A stretch of 60,392 bases of DNA, filler included, from Diploschistes diacapsis (Eukaryota): NCBI GenBank assembly GCA_023645945.1. It is 11 parts of 11 records of this genome, joined end to end, with 100 filler letters (N's around TTAATTAATTAA, not from the genome) between each part and the next. Parts side by side here need not be neighbours in the genome. Positions count along the whole stretch, not along the records: positions 22,097 to 27,498 come from JALAIB010001554.1; positions 27,599 to 32,997 come from JALAIB010001555.1; positions 33,098 to 38,484 come from JALAIB010001556.1; 8 more parts are not named here. One strand, 5' to 3'. The notes under the pieces are model-generated. The model saw nothing but the letters and a program-made list of their open reading frames with translations, made no database searches and was not told the DNA's origin. Position 1 is the first letter of the stretch. Each line of letters starts with the position of its first letter. Shown here piece after piece: positions 22,427 to 34,066 of this stretch. The translations under genes were made by a program, and so were the position numbers.

Positions 22427-25270
22427 TCACGCTTCCACGGTCATCGCACGACCACCTCGCGCCGTTCCTCGTCCGCTCTGCCGTGGCTGTCTCTGGCCGC
22501 TGGGCCTATTGAGTGTGTACCTGTTACGCTGTTAGCCAATAGGGCTCTTACAAGGAAAAAACAATATGGGGACCGGGCTCCATACTTGGCAAACGTTCGA
22601 GCCAACGCTCGCTTGCAGCTAACCTTCTGGCTGCCCACGAAGCTGTCCACTGTCACGGCAATGGCGCGGTCGATATCCTGAGCGGTACAATACTCCGATA
22701 GTCGCATTTTGCAGAAGGCTTCGCTGATACGCATGATGGCTTCCAAGTGGCGGACCTGCGGGGGGATGGAGTCAGCACAAGCCTATCCCTAATATCTTGC
22801 TGCGGCCGATCTTACTGTGATTGGATAGGCGCCTGTGGCCAGCGACTCGCGCCTCATGTCGGCAAAGAGTCTAGCAACCTTGTCCTGGTCTATCTGGTAT
22901 AGCTTCGGAAAACACTTCTCGCGGGCGTAGAGTATGTATTTCCGGAGCAGCTCCTGGGAAATCGAGCCCTGGAGCTTTGGCTCGCCACCATTATCAGGAC
23001 TATCTTCATCGCCCTCAATCTCCATCTCTTCCTCGATTGCACCGCGAGTGTTGGGATGCGCGCGACCGTGCGAGTTGACGACGAATTTCGCGAGACGCTC
23101 GTCCTCTTCTGGAATGACCGTGTCGCGCACGACGCAGAGGATATCGAAACGCGACAGGATGGGTTCCGTCAGCTCGACATTTTGGGAAAAGGGAACGGTG
23201 CTGTTGTAGCGTCCGCCGATCGGGTTAGCAGCAGCGACTATGGCGCAGCGAGCTTGAAGGGTCGTGACGATGCCGGCTTTGGAGATGGAAATGGTCTGCT
23301 GCTCCATGGCCTCGTGGATCGACGTTCGGTCTTGATCGTTCATCTTGTCAAATTCGTCGATCAAGCATGTCCCTCTGTCCGCAAGCACTAAGGCTCCTCC
23401 TTCGAGAGTCCACTCGCTCGTGATAGGATCTCGGCGCACGCTGGCTGTCAGACCCACGGCACTTGCTCCTTGACCGGTTGCGAATACGGCTCGGTGGGCA
23501 GTCTTTTCTATGTATTTCAATACCTGAGACTTCGCAGTACCAGGGTCACCGAGGAGCAGAACGTTGATGTCGCCACGGATCTTGTGCATGCCCTGAGCTT
23601 CTTTCCTTACACCACCGAAAAGTGACAAGGCAATAGCTGTTTTGATATCGGTGTGACCATAGATACTAGGGGCGATCGAGGCAATGATCTTGTCCACGAT
23701 CCGAGGGTCCTTCGACAGTGCTCGTATTTCCCGTTCATCCTGCTCTGTAAGTCTGAAGCCAGCCAGCTGATCGTGAGACTTGACTACATGGTTTGCCTCA
23801 AGAATGGTCGCAAAAACAGGAAAGCCGTTTCGATTGTTTAGCTGAGCATCGTAGTTATTACGATAGATGCCCGTAACTTCAATCTCCTCTCCAGGCTTTG
23901 CCTTATCAATCAGATCCCATAGGAGAATTACCTCCCTGTGGCGTGGCAGGCGACCAGCAGGCACCGAACCAGGCGACTCTTGCAAGGTGATCTTCTGGTA
24001 GTTGCGATATACTGTTCTTTCCGAGTTGAGTACGAATGGACCGCGGGATTGGCAGTTCGAGCAAAACGAGATTTTGACCTCGGCGTTAGATTCTTGAGGG
24101 AACGGTCCAAGCGTGACACCACATTTGGTGCAATCAAAACGAACATGCTTGAGCTGGGGGAAGACACCAGTTCGGCGAGTCACCACACCGCTGACTCTCA
24201 CCAGGCAATTCAAGTGAGTTTGGCGAAGCTGTCGCAATGTGTAATGCACTGGGAGGTCCGAGATTCTCACATGGATTTCCGAGTGTATCCGTTCGTAGTC
24301 CGGGTAATGAAGCAATGTGACATCCATGGCCACTCTGTCAAAGATCTCTAGCATCTCCGCTGGTGCGTTGGCCAGGAAGTACGCAAGAATGGCCTTTGAA
24401 GAAGCAAGATGGTCGTACGATACCTCAAGGGACTCTGCATTGACCTCTCCCAATGTTCGTACCCGAGTACCGTAAACAGATACACCATGCTCGTCCGTGT
24501 ATTCCGTTAGGAATGATTTGAACTCCCTGAAGATCGTACGAGTGACAGCAGGCTGCACGATCCAGTCATTCAAGCTTGCGGCTTTGACATCCTGCAATGT
24601 CTCGAGGGAGAGCTCTTCGTCCATAATGTCATCACCCATTTCATCATCCTCTTGATCTTCATCGTAGTGGTGCCTTCTGCGTCGCGGTTGCCTTGTCAAA
24701 TCCATTTCTGCATCGTCATCATCTTGCAAGAAAGCCGCGGGCATGCGCCTTTGCCTGGCAAGTTCTCGATCCCGTTTGTTCAAGCGTGCATCAAGCTGCC
24801 TCCTTTCGGCAAGGCTCATCCCCTCGTAATCGCCTTCATCGTCTATGCCGGCACCCTCATAAGCATCGTCTTCGCGAGCCCTGTAATCTCGCTCGAAATT
24901 TTCTGCGAACAGGTCTATTCCGTCTTCGTCCTCGACCATCTCATCTAAATCGTCTACGTCTGGGATGAGGTCGTTGTCGGGGTCTAATTCGTCCTCGTCA
25001 TCATCCATTGGTAAGATCGGCGGTGATGATGGTGGTGCTTGAGATGGTCAGCAAACTGAACCTCAAGAGCTAGCAAAGGTAGTACACATACGGCTTGAAG
25101 GAGGGGCAGCAGCTGAAGACGGTAGGTCGTCGTCGGGCTCTCGAGAGCGCTTTCGCCTTGGCGGGTCATTCCCGCGATTGGCGGCGGACATGTTAGGTTG
25201 TAAGGGAGAACTATCATGCTATTAGGAACATGGAGCACTGGCGATGCGATATGTGATCGACAAACCTCAT
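22427..25270 (-). CDS. MCM2: DNA replication licensing factor Mcm2, multi-exon
   Basis: C4 zinc finger (CTKC...CSNC), Walker A GDPGTAKSQ, IDEFDKM and the SRFD arginine finger, acidic N-terminal histone-binding region. First exon ATGAG|GTTTGT at 25270; last exon ends ...MTVEA*. Confidence 0.97.
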
Positions 25271-25399
25271 TGGAAACTACAGTGAGTAAAGAGTGTGAAA
25301 GTTTTGTAATAAATACAGAAGAAGGGATTTGCCGATAGAGGGCTGTAGACACTTGAGGTTCAATTCAGGGACTTCAGAATCTTTTTTTACACGGAACCG

Positions 25400-25440
25400 A
25401 CGCGCATATAGTTCAGGATGCTTTACGCGCACTGGACGCG
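25400..25440. promoter_or_regulatory. Cluster of three MCB-like ACGCG elements in the MCM2/UBR7 bidirectional promoter
   Basis: ACGCG at 25400, 25425 and 25436, within a 311-nt gap between the divergent ATGs. Confidence 0.55.
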
Positions 25441-25581
25441 CCCCCGCAGGGAGTTAGAAAGCAGCCGCTAGGCTACTTGAAAAGTTAGCTTGTCTTTACC
25501 ATTACGCCACGCTTCGAAAGCTTCACTGCGACAGCTCAGACACTCTACTATCAAACTCAATCGCCTCGATCCGTCGTCATT

Positions 25582-27345
25582 ATGGAGAAAGTCAACAAGG
25601 CACGGGCAAACCAAGCTGCCCATGACGCGAACCCGGCCATCCAGACTGAGAGCAATGGGCATGAAGGCGATTCTCAGACAGCGTCAGAGTAGGTTTTGTG
25701 CCTCCTGCTCCTTCTGTACGGTCCTCGATTGCAACACGTCACTAATGGCTACCCAGCTTCATAAATAGCCAGCTGCAGCTTGAAGCCGACGCGCGTGAAG
25801 CTCTTCCTTATGTTAGACCCGTCTCGAACCTGCCATGCGCCAGCACTTACTGACCATTCGCAAGTCCTTCGATCATTGCACCCAGTTATTGGGCGCTCTC
25901 AAACAAAACATCTTTTCGTGCATTACCTGCAATCCACCTCCGGAAGACCCTTCTGCACCTTACAATCCCGCTGGCATATGCTATGGTTGCTCCATTGCAT
26001 GCCACGGCGAACACACCTTGGTGGAGCTCTTTGCCAGGCGCAACTTCACCTGTGACTGTGGAACTACGCGGCTGCCCGAATCAACACCGTGTACGCTAAG
26101 GATAGATCCTGCGACAGGTATGAAGGGTCCGGTGCATTCCCAGAAGCCGGCAACGGGCAACACCTACAACCAGAATTTCCGCAACCGATTCTGCGGGTGC
26201 GGCGAATGGTATGATCCGCACAAGCAGAAGGGCACCATGTACCAGTGCTTGGGGCTGGCGACGGAGCAAGAGGCAGGTTGCGGAGAAGACTGGTGGCACC
26301 CAGAGTGTCTGCTCGGCCTGCCGCACGATTGGTACAAAGAAGGAGGAATCCAAGCTGCGCGACAGGCGCCGAAAATGGAGACGCAAGATAGTACACTGGA
26401 CGGAGGTGCCACAGGGGCAGAAGAGGAGCATCCGACACCACCAGGCTTTCCGAATGAGGACGACTTCGATACCCTGATATGCTATAAGTGTGTGCAAGCG
26501 AATCCATGGATACGGAGATATGCGGGAACTCAAGGCTTCATGAGAAAGGCCTTCCAACCGGGGATCGCCGGAAAAGGCGTCGGAAGTCCAGCGTCAAGTG
26601 CGCCAGTACCAACCGAGCCACCGGCAGACGTTCCATCAGACAACCCAGAAGCATCGCAAGTCCAGCAAAATAAAAAACGTAAAGCAGACGACGATGCATC
26701 GGAGAGCGAATCGATTGGGTCGAAAAGGACTAAAACTGAGGAAGGAACGGCTCCTGCCTCGAGACCACATCATGAATCTCTTCCGCCGCCCCCAGCAGGG
26801 ACATTCTCGATTCTCACAGAGAACGACGGTTTTCGAACGCGCCTTTGCCGGTGCGCCCAGTGTTATCCTGATCTAGCGAAGCACCCTCAACTGCTGGAGG
26901 AGGAAGAGACGTATGAGCCACCCGTGTCCGAAAACGGCGATGCTCCAGGCGGGAGCGTGGGAACCGGGAGTTTATTAGAAAGAGGGGAGGCTGCGTTAAG
27001 TAACGTCGAGCGAGTAAGAGCTATTGGTAAGTACATGCCACGACGAGGAAAGATCAAAGCAAACTGATAGCCTTTTAGAGGGAGTGATGGTGTACAACCA
27101 TCTTAGGGATAAAGTCAAAAGTTTCCTGCAGCCGTTTGCGGAGAGCGGGCAAGCCGTCGGAGCGGAAGACATCAAAGCCTACTTTGAGAAGCTGAGAGGC
27201 GACCATGAGGCCATTCGCGCCGCAGGCGGAACAGCCATGGCCACCTCTGGAGATGATGGGGCTGAGGGCGACAATAGAAGGGAGCAGAGCGGTGAGTGCC
27301 GGAGCCCTCCCGAGGCTTCTCAAGCTGATTCCGCCAGGCTATTGA
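25582..27345 (+). CDS. UBR7: UBR-box/PHD-like zinc finger protein (UBR7/Mlo2 homolog), multi-exon
   Basis: FINSQLQLEADAREALPY|SFDHCT...QNIFSCITC...AGICYGCSIACHGEHTLVELFARRNFTCDCG, YNQNFRNRFCGC, MYQCLG..CGEDWWHPEC, and C-terminal YNHLRDKVKSFLQPFAESG. Confidence 0.92.
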
Positions 27346-27616
27346 TCTTTTCTGATACACGATATACCACATAACCCCCAGTACCACCTGCCTTCCCATC
27401 TCAACTATCATGTCTTTTGCCTCTTAACTTAAAAACCAACGTGACCCACCCAACACCGCAAAGTGCTCCTCCACCCCTCACTATTGTCCCTCGAGCGTNN
27501 NNNNNNNNNNNNNNNNNNNNNNNNNNNNNNNNNNNNNNNNNNTTAATTAATTAANNNNNNNNNNNNNNNNNNNNNNNNNNNNNNNNNNNNNNNNNNNNCT
27601 TCCAATCAACGCACAC

Positions 27617-28531
27617 CTAGCCAAAAACCAGCGCCCGAACCTCGATGCTCTCCCGCTGCTTCCTCCCCTCCTGGCCGTCGAGCAGGAAGGCCGAGTGCGG
27701 GACCCTGGCGCCGCGCTCGCTGTCGAAGCATTGCAGCAGCAGCCTCTCGTCGTCGCGCATGCCGGCCCAGAACCACCAGCGCATGGCGGGATCGAAGCGG
27801 ACGGCGGCGGTCTCGCCCTCGCGATCGGGATAGACGTGGCGGACGGGCACGAGGCGGTCGTCGCGCACGCTGGCCGAGTCGGCCACGGCCAGCGGCGACG
27901 CCTCCACGGGCCCGTTGAGCGGCCGCCACACGTTGACGAGCCGGTGCCGGCCCCGCAGCAGCGCGGCCGCCTCGGCCGCCGAGCCCGTGTGCCGCAGCAC
28001 CCGCGCCCGCGCCGACGCCGCCGTCTGGTCGATGTGCACCCTCATCACGGGCGACCGGTGCGCGCCCGGCCCCGTCCGCCGCACCGTGTGGTCGAAGATC
28101 ACCACCCGCTTCGGCGTGCCCGGCAGCACCGAGAGCAGCAGCTGCTCGACCTCCGGGTAGTACGTGCGCTCGATGGCGGCGTCCGACGAGAAGTCCGCGG
28201 CCGACGAGGAGGAGGAGGAGGAGGAGGAGGTGGGGTTGTTGGCGGCGGTGACGGGCAGGAAGGCGTGCTTGTCGAGGGAGAACTCGGATTCGCGGCCGCG
28301 CATGTCCGCGATGGGGACGGTGTGGGCGGTGACTTCGAAGTTGGTGCGCGGGACGCCGGCGGGGGGTTCTTCGACGTGGATGTACGGTCGGCTGCCGTCG
28401 GGAGGTGGAGAGAAGAAGTTGAGGGTGGCTTGGATGGGATTGGAGCTGGGGGTGGAGGAGAGGGGAAGGGTGGAGGAGGTGGGAGTGGAAGTGGTGGTGG
28501 TGGTGGTTGTCTGGGTAGTGGTTGTGCTCAT
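27617..28531 (-). CDS. AsaB/CmcJ-like hydroxylase/desaturase (GA4 desaturase family), intronless
   Basis: Motifs YYPEVE, VVIFDHTVRR, RVHIDQT, VNVWRPL..PV..SPLAVAD, PHSAF and RESIEVRALVF. Confidence 0.88.
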   Translation of the reverse strand: MSTTTTQTTTTTTTSTPTSSTLPLSSTPSSNPIQATLNFFSPPPDGSRPYIHVEEPPAGVPRTNFEVTAHTVPIADMRGRESEFSLDKHAFLPVTAANNPTSSSSSSSSSAADFSSDAAIERTYYPEVEQLLLSVLPGTPKRVVIFDHTVRRTGPGAHRSPVMRVHIDQTAASARARVLRHTGSAAEAAALLRGRHRLVNVWRPLNGPVEASPLAVADSASVRDDRLVPVRHVYPDREGETAAVRFDPAMRWWFWAGMRDDERLLLQCFDSERGARVPHSAFLLDGQEGRKQRESIEVRALVFG

Positions 28532-29093
28532 TTTGGTGGATTGGTTATCGTTATGGTGGTAGTGGCGAATTTTTGGGGGAGGGAGCTGAGAGTTCGAGGG
28601 AGTTTCTTGCTTGTGATCGTAGAAAGTTTGTTTGACAAATAATGGTTGTGTGACACTGCTTGCTTGCTTGCTTGCTTTGCTATTGTGAGATGAAGAGGAT
28701 ATGAGAGTTGAAAGCTGCCTCAGCTGTATATATATATATTGCGAACCCAATGAACATTCTCGATGCTTGAGTAATCATCACAGACCCCCTTCGCGATTGC
28801 TAATCGACAGGCTAACGGCGTCATTCTAGGGTACGGTAACGTCTTCTCGAGCCAATGACATATTCAAGCGCCGATTGACGCCACCTTTGCAGCGCGGAAT
28901 CTGGTGCCGGGTGAAGCACGCAATTGAGGGGGCCCGCAAGCTGCTTATTCAGAGTCAACGAAAACAGATCGCGCAATTGGTCAAATGAAATTTTTTATCC
29001 AGACTCGGAAAGACGGGTCTATGGAACGATATCCGTGCTCAACAATCAGGCCGAGACCAACCTCCCGATACTGGGACCTCGGATTTTGAGAGC

Positions 29094-30243
29094 TCATTCT
29101 TCTTCACTCTCGCTCGAGCTATCGTCAACACGCGCACTTATAGGCGCAATGGCACCTTCTGCCGCTGGCTCGTCCTCATCGTCGCCCTGCAAGGCTTTTG
29201 CAAATTCATCGTCCATATCGATGTCTTCCTCGTCGGCGTCTCCGGCCTCCTCCTCCGGCTCCTGCACCGTTTGAGATTCCGGTCCATGCTCTTGTCGACG
29301 TTCCGTCATCGGGTTGTCCAGTTCCATCTCGTCCACGTCTTCGTCGCTTTCTTCGCTCTCTCCGGCATTTTGCAGTGCGGGACTCTGCGAGCTGGCCGCC
29401 GACCGCAGCGATATCGGGGCTGCGTCGGGCCGCTGGGTGAAGCGCCCACGAAATCGATGGCGGGGCTTCGTGGCGCCGTCCATCACGATCTGTAGACCGC
29501 CATCGTCCGATCCTTCCTCTTTCTCTTCTTCGTATTCCTCACGCTGCGGCTCTTCTTCGGCTTCGGCTTCCGGCGAAGCTGACGCCTCCAGCTCCATGGT
29601 GGGTTGCTCCGGCGGCGTTGATGCTTTGCGTGGTACTGCTTTCGGCTTCAGTGGCCTAGCTTCTGGAGAAGGAGTGCCCAGAGCATCAACGCCAAGGGGG
29701 TCAAATGGCTCCAGCTCCGGCGTTGGCGTGCGTTGCCGCTTGAGTTGGTGCCGCCAGTCGTAGGGATTCGCAGCGTCTCCGGCCCCTTCTTGGTCTATCA
29801 ACGCATTGAGGATCCCGTCTTCCGATTGTATATCCGATGTTGGAGAATGCTGGCCCTGGCCGAAAGTGAAGTCTGTGTCGATCCGCTCGAGAGTAAAGCT
29901 TTGGGTAGCGGGGTCAAATATCAGAGCGCAGGATTTCGTAGCGTCTTGTGAACCTTTGAAAGACAATCTTTCGCTCCCTGTAGCGCCGATAAGGTCGATG
30001 CTGCATTCGTTTCGGGCAAATCCTTTTTTGATAGTTGAAGACTTGATGGAGGTTGGAAGCTTTGATTCCGTGTCGACTAGGTATTCAGATCAGCCCGACT
30101 GCCGCACTACCATCCCAGTAGAACTTCTTACCATGTACGCTGGCCACAGCATACTCGGGGTCTCTAGTTTGATTCTTGAGTCTTTCACTAAGAATCACCT
30201 TGTATCTCTTGTTCAGGTCGAACTCTTTCCCAGCAGCGGCCAT
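29094..30243 (-). CDS. ELL-associated factor (Eaf) N-terminal domain protein, RNA polymerase II elongation
   Basis: YKVILSERL...SVH (intron) ...FKGSQ...SCALIFDPATQSFTLERIDTDFTF, then a long acidic disordered tail ending SSSESEEE. Confidence 0.75.
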
Positions 30244-31024
30244 GGCGCAAAGCTCTCCAAGATATTTCTCTATGGTACGGAGCGTGCCTTCTTGAATGCG
30301 GAGTCCAACGAGCGAAGCATCTCTGAACCCAAGCGCAGGTGAATCTGACTGCCTGTATAACGTAGAGTCAACAAGGGAAGGCGTAGTGCTGGAGGGCGTA
30401 AAGCTATGGGTACAATGAAAATGTAAAAGTTTCACAAACTATCTGTACTTTCGTGCCCCGCGCGGCTATTGTACCTCCTTGCGGCGCCCGCCAACTCAGC
30501 CCTTAAGGTAGCCCGATGGGGCAATTAGCTTAACCACCTGGATCAGTGACCGCGAGAGCGTGAGAACCGCAGTTTATGCGGGCTTGAAAGGGGCCGAGAA
30601 GACAAATGGATGGGTATGTGCGGAGTACTCATATAGGGAAACCTTTAGGGACGTTGCTCTAACGTTCCGCCGCCTCGGGAGAGAGCGGAGGACTGAGCAC
30701 GCAGGGCTTGCATATAGTAGAGGGTACTTGCACCATCGATCAACTCGTAACCCTAAAGACTTTGCGTAATGGAACATCTGTTATTCACCCGTGTCATGCG
30801 ATTTGCATCGTCTGCTATTCATCTGATATGATCGTAAACCTATTTGCAAAGACCGTCGAGAAGCGAACCCAACAAATCGATCGCAAGGCGAGCAAGGACC
30901 GTCCGTTTCGCCTTGAACCATCTTCCAAGCTCCCAACCCCCTTAGCCGTCCTCATCTCCCCCAGACACAACAGCCATTCCCCACCTTTCTCGCCAACTCC
31001 TCCCTCTAATAACGCAGGTCGTGT

Positions 31025-31736
31025 TCAGGACGAGACGCCCACGCAGTACCAGTAACCCCCCCAAGTAACCGGCGCCGATGCATTGACCCCCGTATTCCAC
31101 TGATAAAAGTCCGCCGTCGTAATCTCATTCTGGCTGCACATCTGAGCAACCCCGTACCCCTCTCCTGCCTCCTCGAACTTGTTACAGCTCGAAATGATGC
31201 CCGGCGCTTGCGGAATGGGTACTGCCGTAGGGATACTGTTCCCCATCACAGTCCCCGCCGGGGGCTCGACAGGGGGAGTGAATTTGTACCAGGGCGTGTT
31301 GATGCAGACGGGAGTGTAGGCCCGCAGGCCGAAGCAGGAGGTGCCAATGTCCGGGTTCCAGTAGTAGAAGATGGAGAGGGTGAAGTTATCGAAGAGGGAG
31401 CCGATGGTGGTGCAGGTGTCGTCGGCTTGGACGAGGTAGGTCGCCGTGCAGTCGGAGGGGCGTTGTTGGCAAGAGCAGCCGGCGTCTGGAGAGCAGTATT
31501 GGGTGCCTGGATCATGTTAGTGGGTTGGAATGGACGGAGGGAATTGACGTGGAGGGAAAGGAGGAGTGGAGGCTTCGAATGGGAAAGAATGGTCTTGGTC
31601 GGGAGTGCAAAGACGTACAATTATCACGGCGCTCAAGGCCATTCTCGACGAGAGAAGGCACAGGCTTGCTGAGGATGGGCGTGGCGGCGGCGATGCCAGC
31701 AAGGGCAGCAACGGCGAGCAGGCGGAAGGACACCAT
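31025..31736 (-). CDS. Secreted Cys-rich LysM-domain protein (two fungal-type LysM modules)
   Basis: Signal peptide MVSFRLLAVAALAGIAAA, LERR Kex2-like site, one intron (~31619-31507). LysM1 CTATYLVQADDTCTTI...FYYWNPDIGTSCFGL...VCI; LysM2 CNKFEEA...FYQWNTGV...WGGYWYCVG. Confidence 0.88.
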
Positions 31737-32454
31737 TGTCGGTACTGTTCGAGAAGAAGATAGGCGTCAAGAGCGTGATAATCTCCCGAGTCAAGTGAGC
31801 GACTTTGCAGGTAGTCTTCAAGAACTGCTTTGCTCTGCCAATTGCAAGATAAACAACAGCTGCTGAACCAAAACAGGCGGTGCTCGAGCCCATTATATAT
31901 TTCCCACTCCTGGCCATCTCTCTAGGCCCCTCCTCTAGGCATTGCTCCAGGCAGACTTCGGCCCCCACCTGCGAACAGAGATGAATTCAAACTGAGTTTA
32001 CATACTACCGACGAACTGCAACGCTGACGCCTGATCTATGCTTCATCGAGAGCAAGTTAGCCGCACGCTGGAAGCTCCAGAAGTCCTTGCCACTTGGTAG
32101 CTCTCATTTCCATGCTCAGCTTTCGCGGCGCCACGGTGCGCTAGGACGAGCGGCGGCTACGCTAACAGGCCATCCGCGGACACCGTGAGGGTGCATCGTC
32201 CTGCTTTTCAGTATCGAACCTGCAGCTTACAAGACGGCTCGCAGAACAGCATTCAAGCAGCTCTCAGCCGTACCGAGTAGCATACAGTATACTGAGGCCG
32301 TACTCATGACTTCTCTGTGCAGGAGAGCGGCAGAACAGCAGGGAATAGTGTCCATGGCATTTCATGATGACCCCGTCTTGCGGGTTTGTTTATCCAGACC
32401 GTATCACACAGGCTGTTAAAGCTTCCTCGGTTGGGATGAAGAGTGAAGAAGTGT

Positions 32455-32760
32455 CAGAATATTAACCTAAATAGGTTAGTCAGATTGCTTACTAAGCTTC
32501 TAGTATGTTACGAATATTTTAGAAGGTTCTAGAAGGTTCTTAAAAGTTCTAAAATATTTTAAAATATTCGGCTTACTAATGCATAAAATATTTTAAAAGA
32601 AAAAGAAGTATTTATCAGATTATTAACCTACACGGGTTAGTTCGTCTGACTAAGTAGTTAGTGGACCCGGAGGTTCTAGATTGGTCTAGACCTCATACAA
32701 CATTGTCGACTAGCAATGATCGATTATCCTACTAGTAACTAGAGGCTACTAGGAAGGATA
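32455..32760. repeat. AT-rich degenerate repeat with two hAT-like terminal motifs
   Basis: CAGAATATTAACCTAAATAGGTTAGT at 32455 and CAGATTATTAACCTACACGGGTTAGT at 32616; third copy at 37638. Confidence 0.6.
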
Positions 32761-32767
32761 TTTAGAT

Positions 32768-32997
32768 TAGACTGGCCGTTGCGTGCCACGGTCACTGACA
32801 CGGACACTACCGCGAAAATTTTTTTAGCACGGACACTGACACGGACACTATACTGTAGTAAAAATACTAACACGGACATTATAATAAAAAATTTCTCGGC
32901 ACGGATATTAATACGAATATTATAATTAAAATTTTCTCGACATAAACATTAACACGGATATTATATTATAATAAAAGCACGAACACGAATATTATAA
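32768..32997. mobile_element. Second copy of the hAT-like terminus with ACACGGACACT array
   Basis: TAGACTGGCCGTTGCGTGCCACGGTCACTGACACGGACACTA matches 16186 onward. Distal motifs show C->T/G->A conversion (ATACGAATAT). Confidence 0.75.
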
Positions 32998-33097
32998 NNN
33001 NNNNNNNNNNNNNNNNNNNNNNNNNNNNNNNNNNNNNNNNNTTAATTAATTAANNNNNNNNNNNNNNNNNNNNNNNNNNNNNNNNNNNNNNNNNNNN

Positions 33098-33795
33098 AAA
33101 ATATACGGGGGAACAATATCTACCATAATATATCGTCGAAACGGTTAATATTAATTATACGGTAATAGTAGAGGCTATTATAAATCACGATGGCCGAATA
33201 TTTTAATACTTTTACGACGAATATTATTTAAAAGATAAATGTTTTACGAGGATTAGATCTAGTCGTTTAATACGCGATTTTTTACCACAATTCTACGAAG
33301 CGGGACAAACTTTTATATAGGATAATATAAAGATGTATATTACGCGCGAAACTATTCAACTTTTAAAAGAATATAGGATATGATACTTGCCTTATCCTTC
33401 TCGCAGTCCTGACCTTAATTACATCGAATATTTTGAATGGAGGCTAAAACACGTGGTTTACGAGCTTCATCCTAAGCTTAAAATAATGGTAAGAAGTATA
33501 GAAAAGATCAAAGCAACATTTAAAGTAGCGATTAGGAATGCTTTTAGAAATATTTTAAATAATAATTCTTTCGATTTACTGCAGCGATCAATCGATTCAA
33601 TGCCGCGGCGGCTGAATGCTTGCGGACTTGCAAAAGAAAGGATTACTAAATACTGCAACAACATTAGATATCTGGCTTTCTAATGCATTAAAAATTATTT
33701 AATTATCTTTAATATTGATAAAGTTATGTGCGTTCAAAAAGTAGATAAATTTTTTGGTGGTCGGGAGGGGCAAAAACTTAATGCCTAGTACTTTA
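33098..33795 (+). mobile_element. Tc1/mariner-type (IS630-Tc1) transposase remnant, RIP-degraded, with probable right TIR
   Basis: FI*DNIKMY (from the F-M-Q-D-N motif), LPYPSRSPDLNYIEYF.W.LK and SIDSMPRRL.AC...TKY. TIR-like GGGGCAAAAACTTAATGCCTAGTACT at ~33767-33792. Confidence 0.85.
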
Positions 33796-34066
33796 TTATA
33801 AATGAAGTTTTGGGTGTTTTGGTTGAAAGCTCAATATACCACCTTCGTAGGGTAAAGAAGCCGATATTCTTTGTTTCTTTGCAAGCCAATGCACAGAAGG
33901 CATCACTTGTATCCACTGTTGCTGATTATCTACGAGATAAACCTGTTTTATTCCATGCATCATGACTCCTTAGATGCATAGAGTTGCACTTCGACAAGAT
34001 TATGGTTTGTCTACCCTATCCTAATTGATACAGTTCTCTTGTGCAAGCAACTGTAGCATCTTCAAC

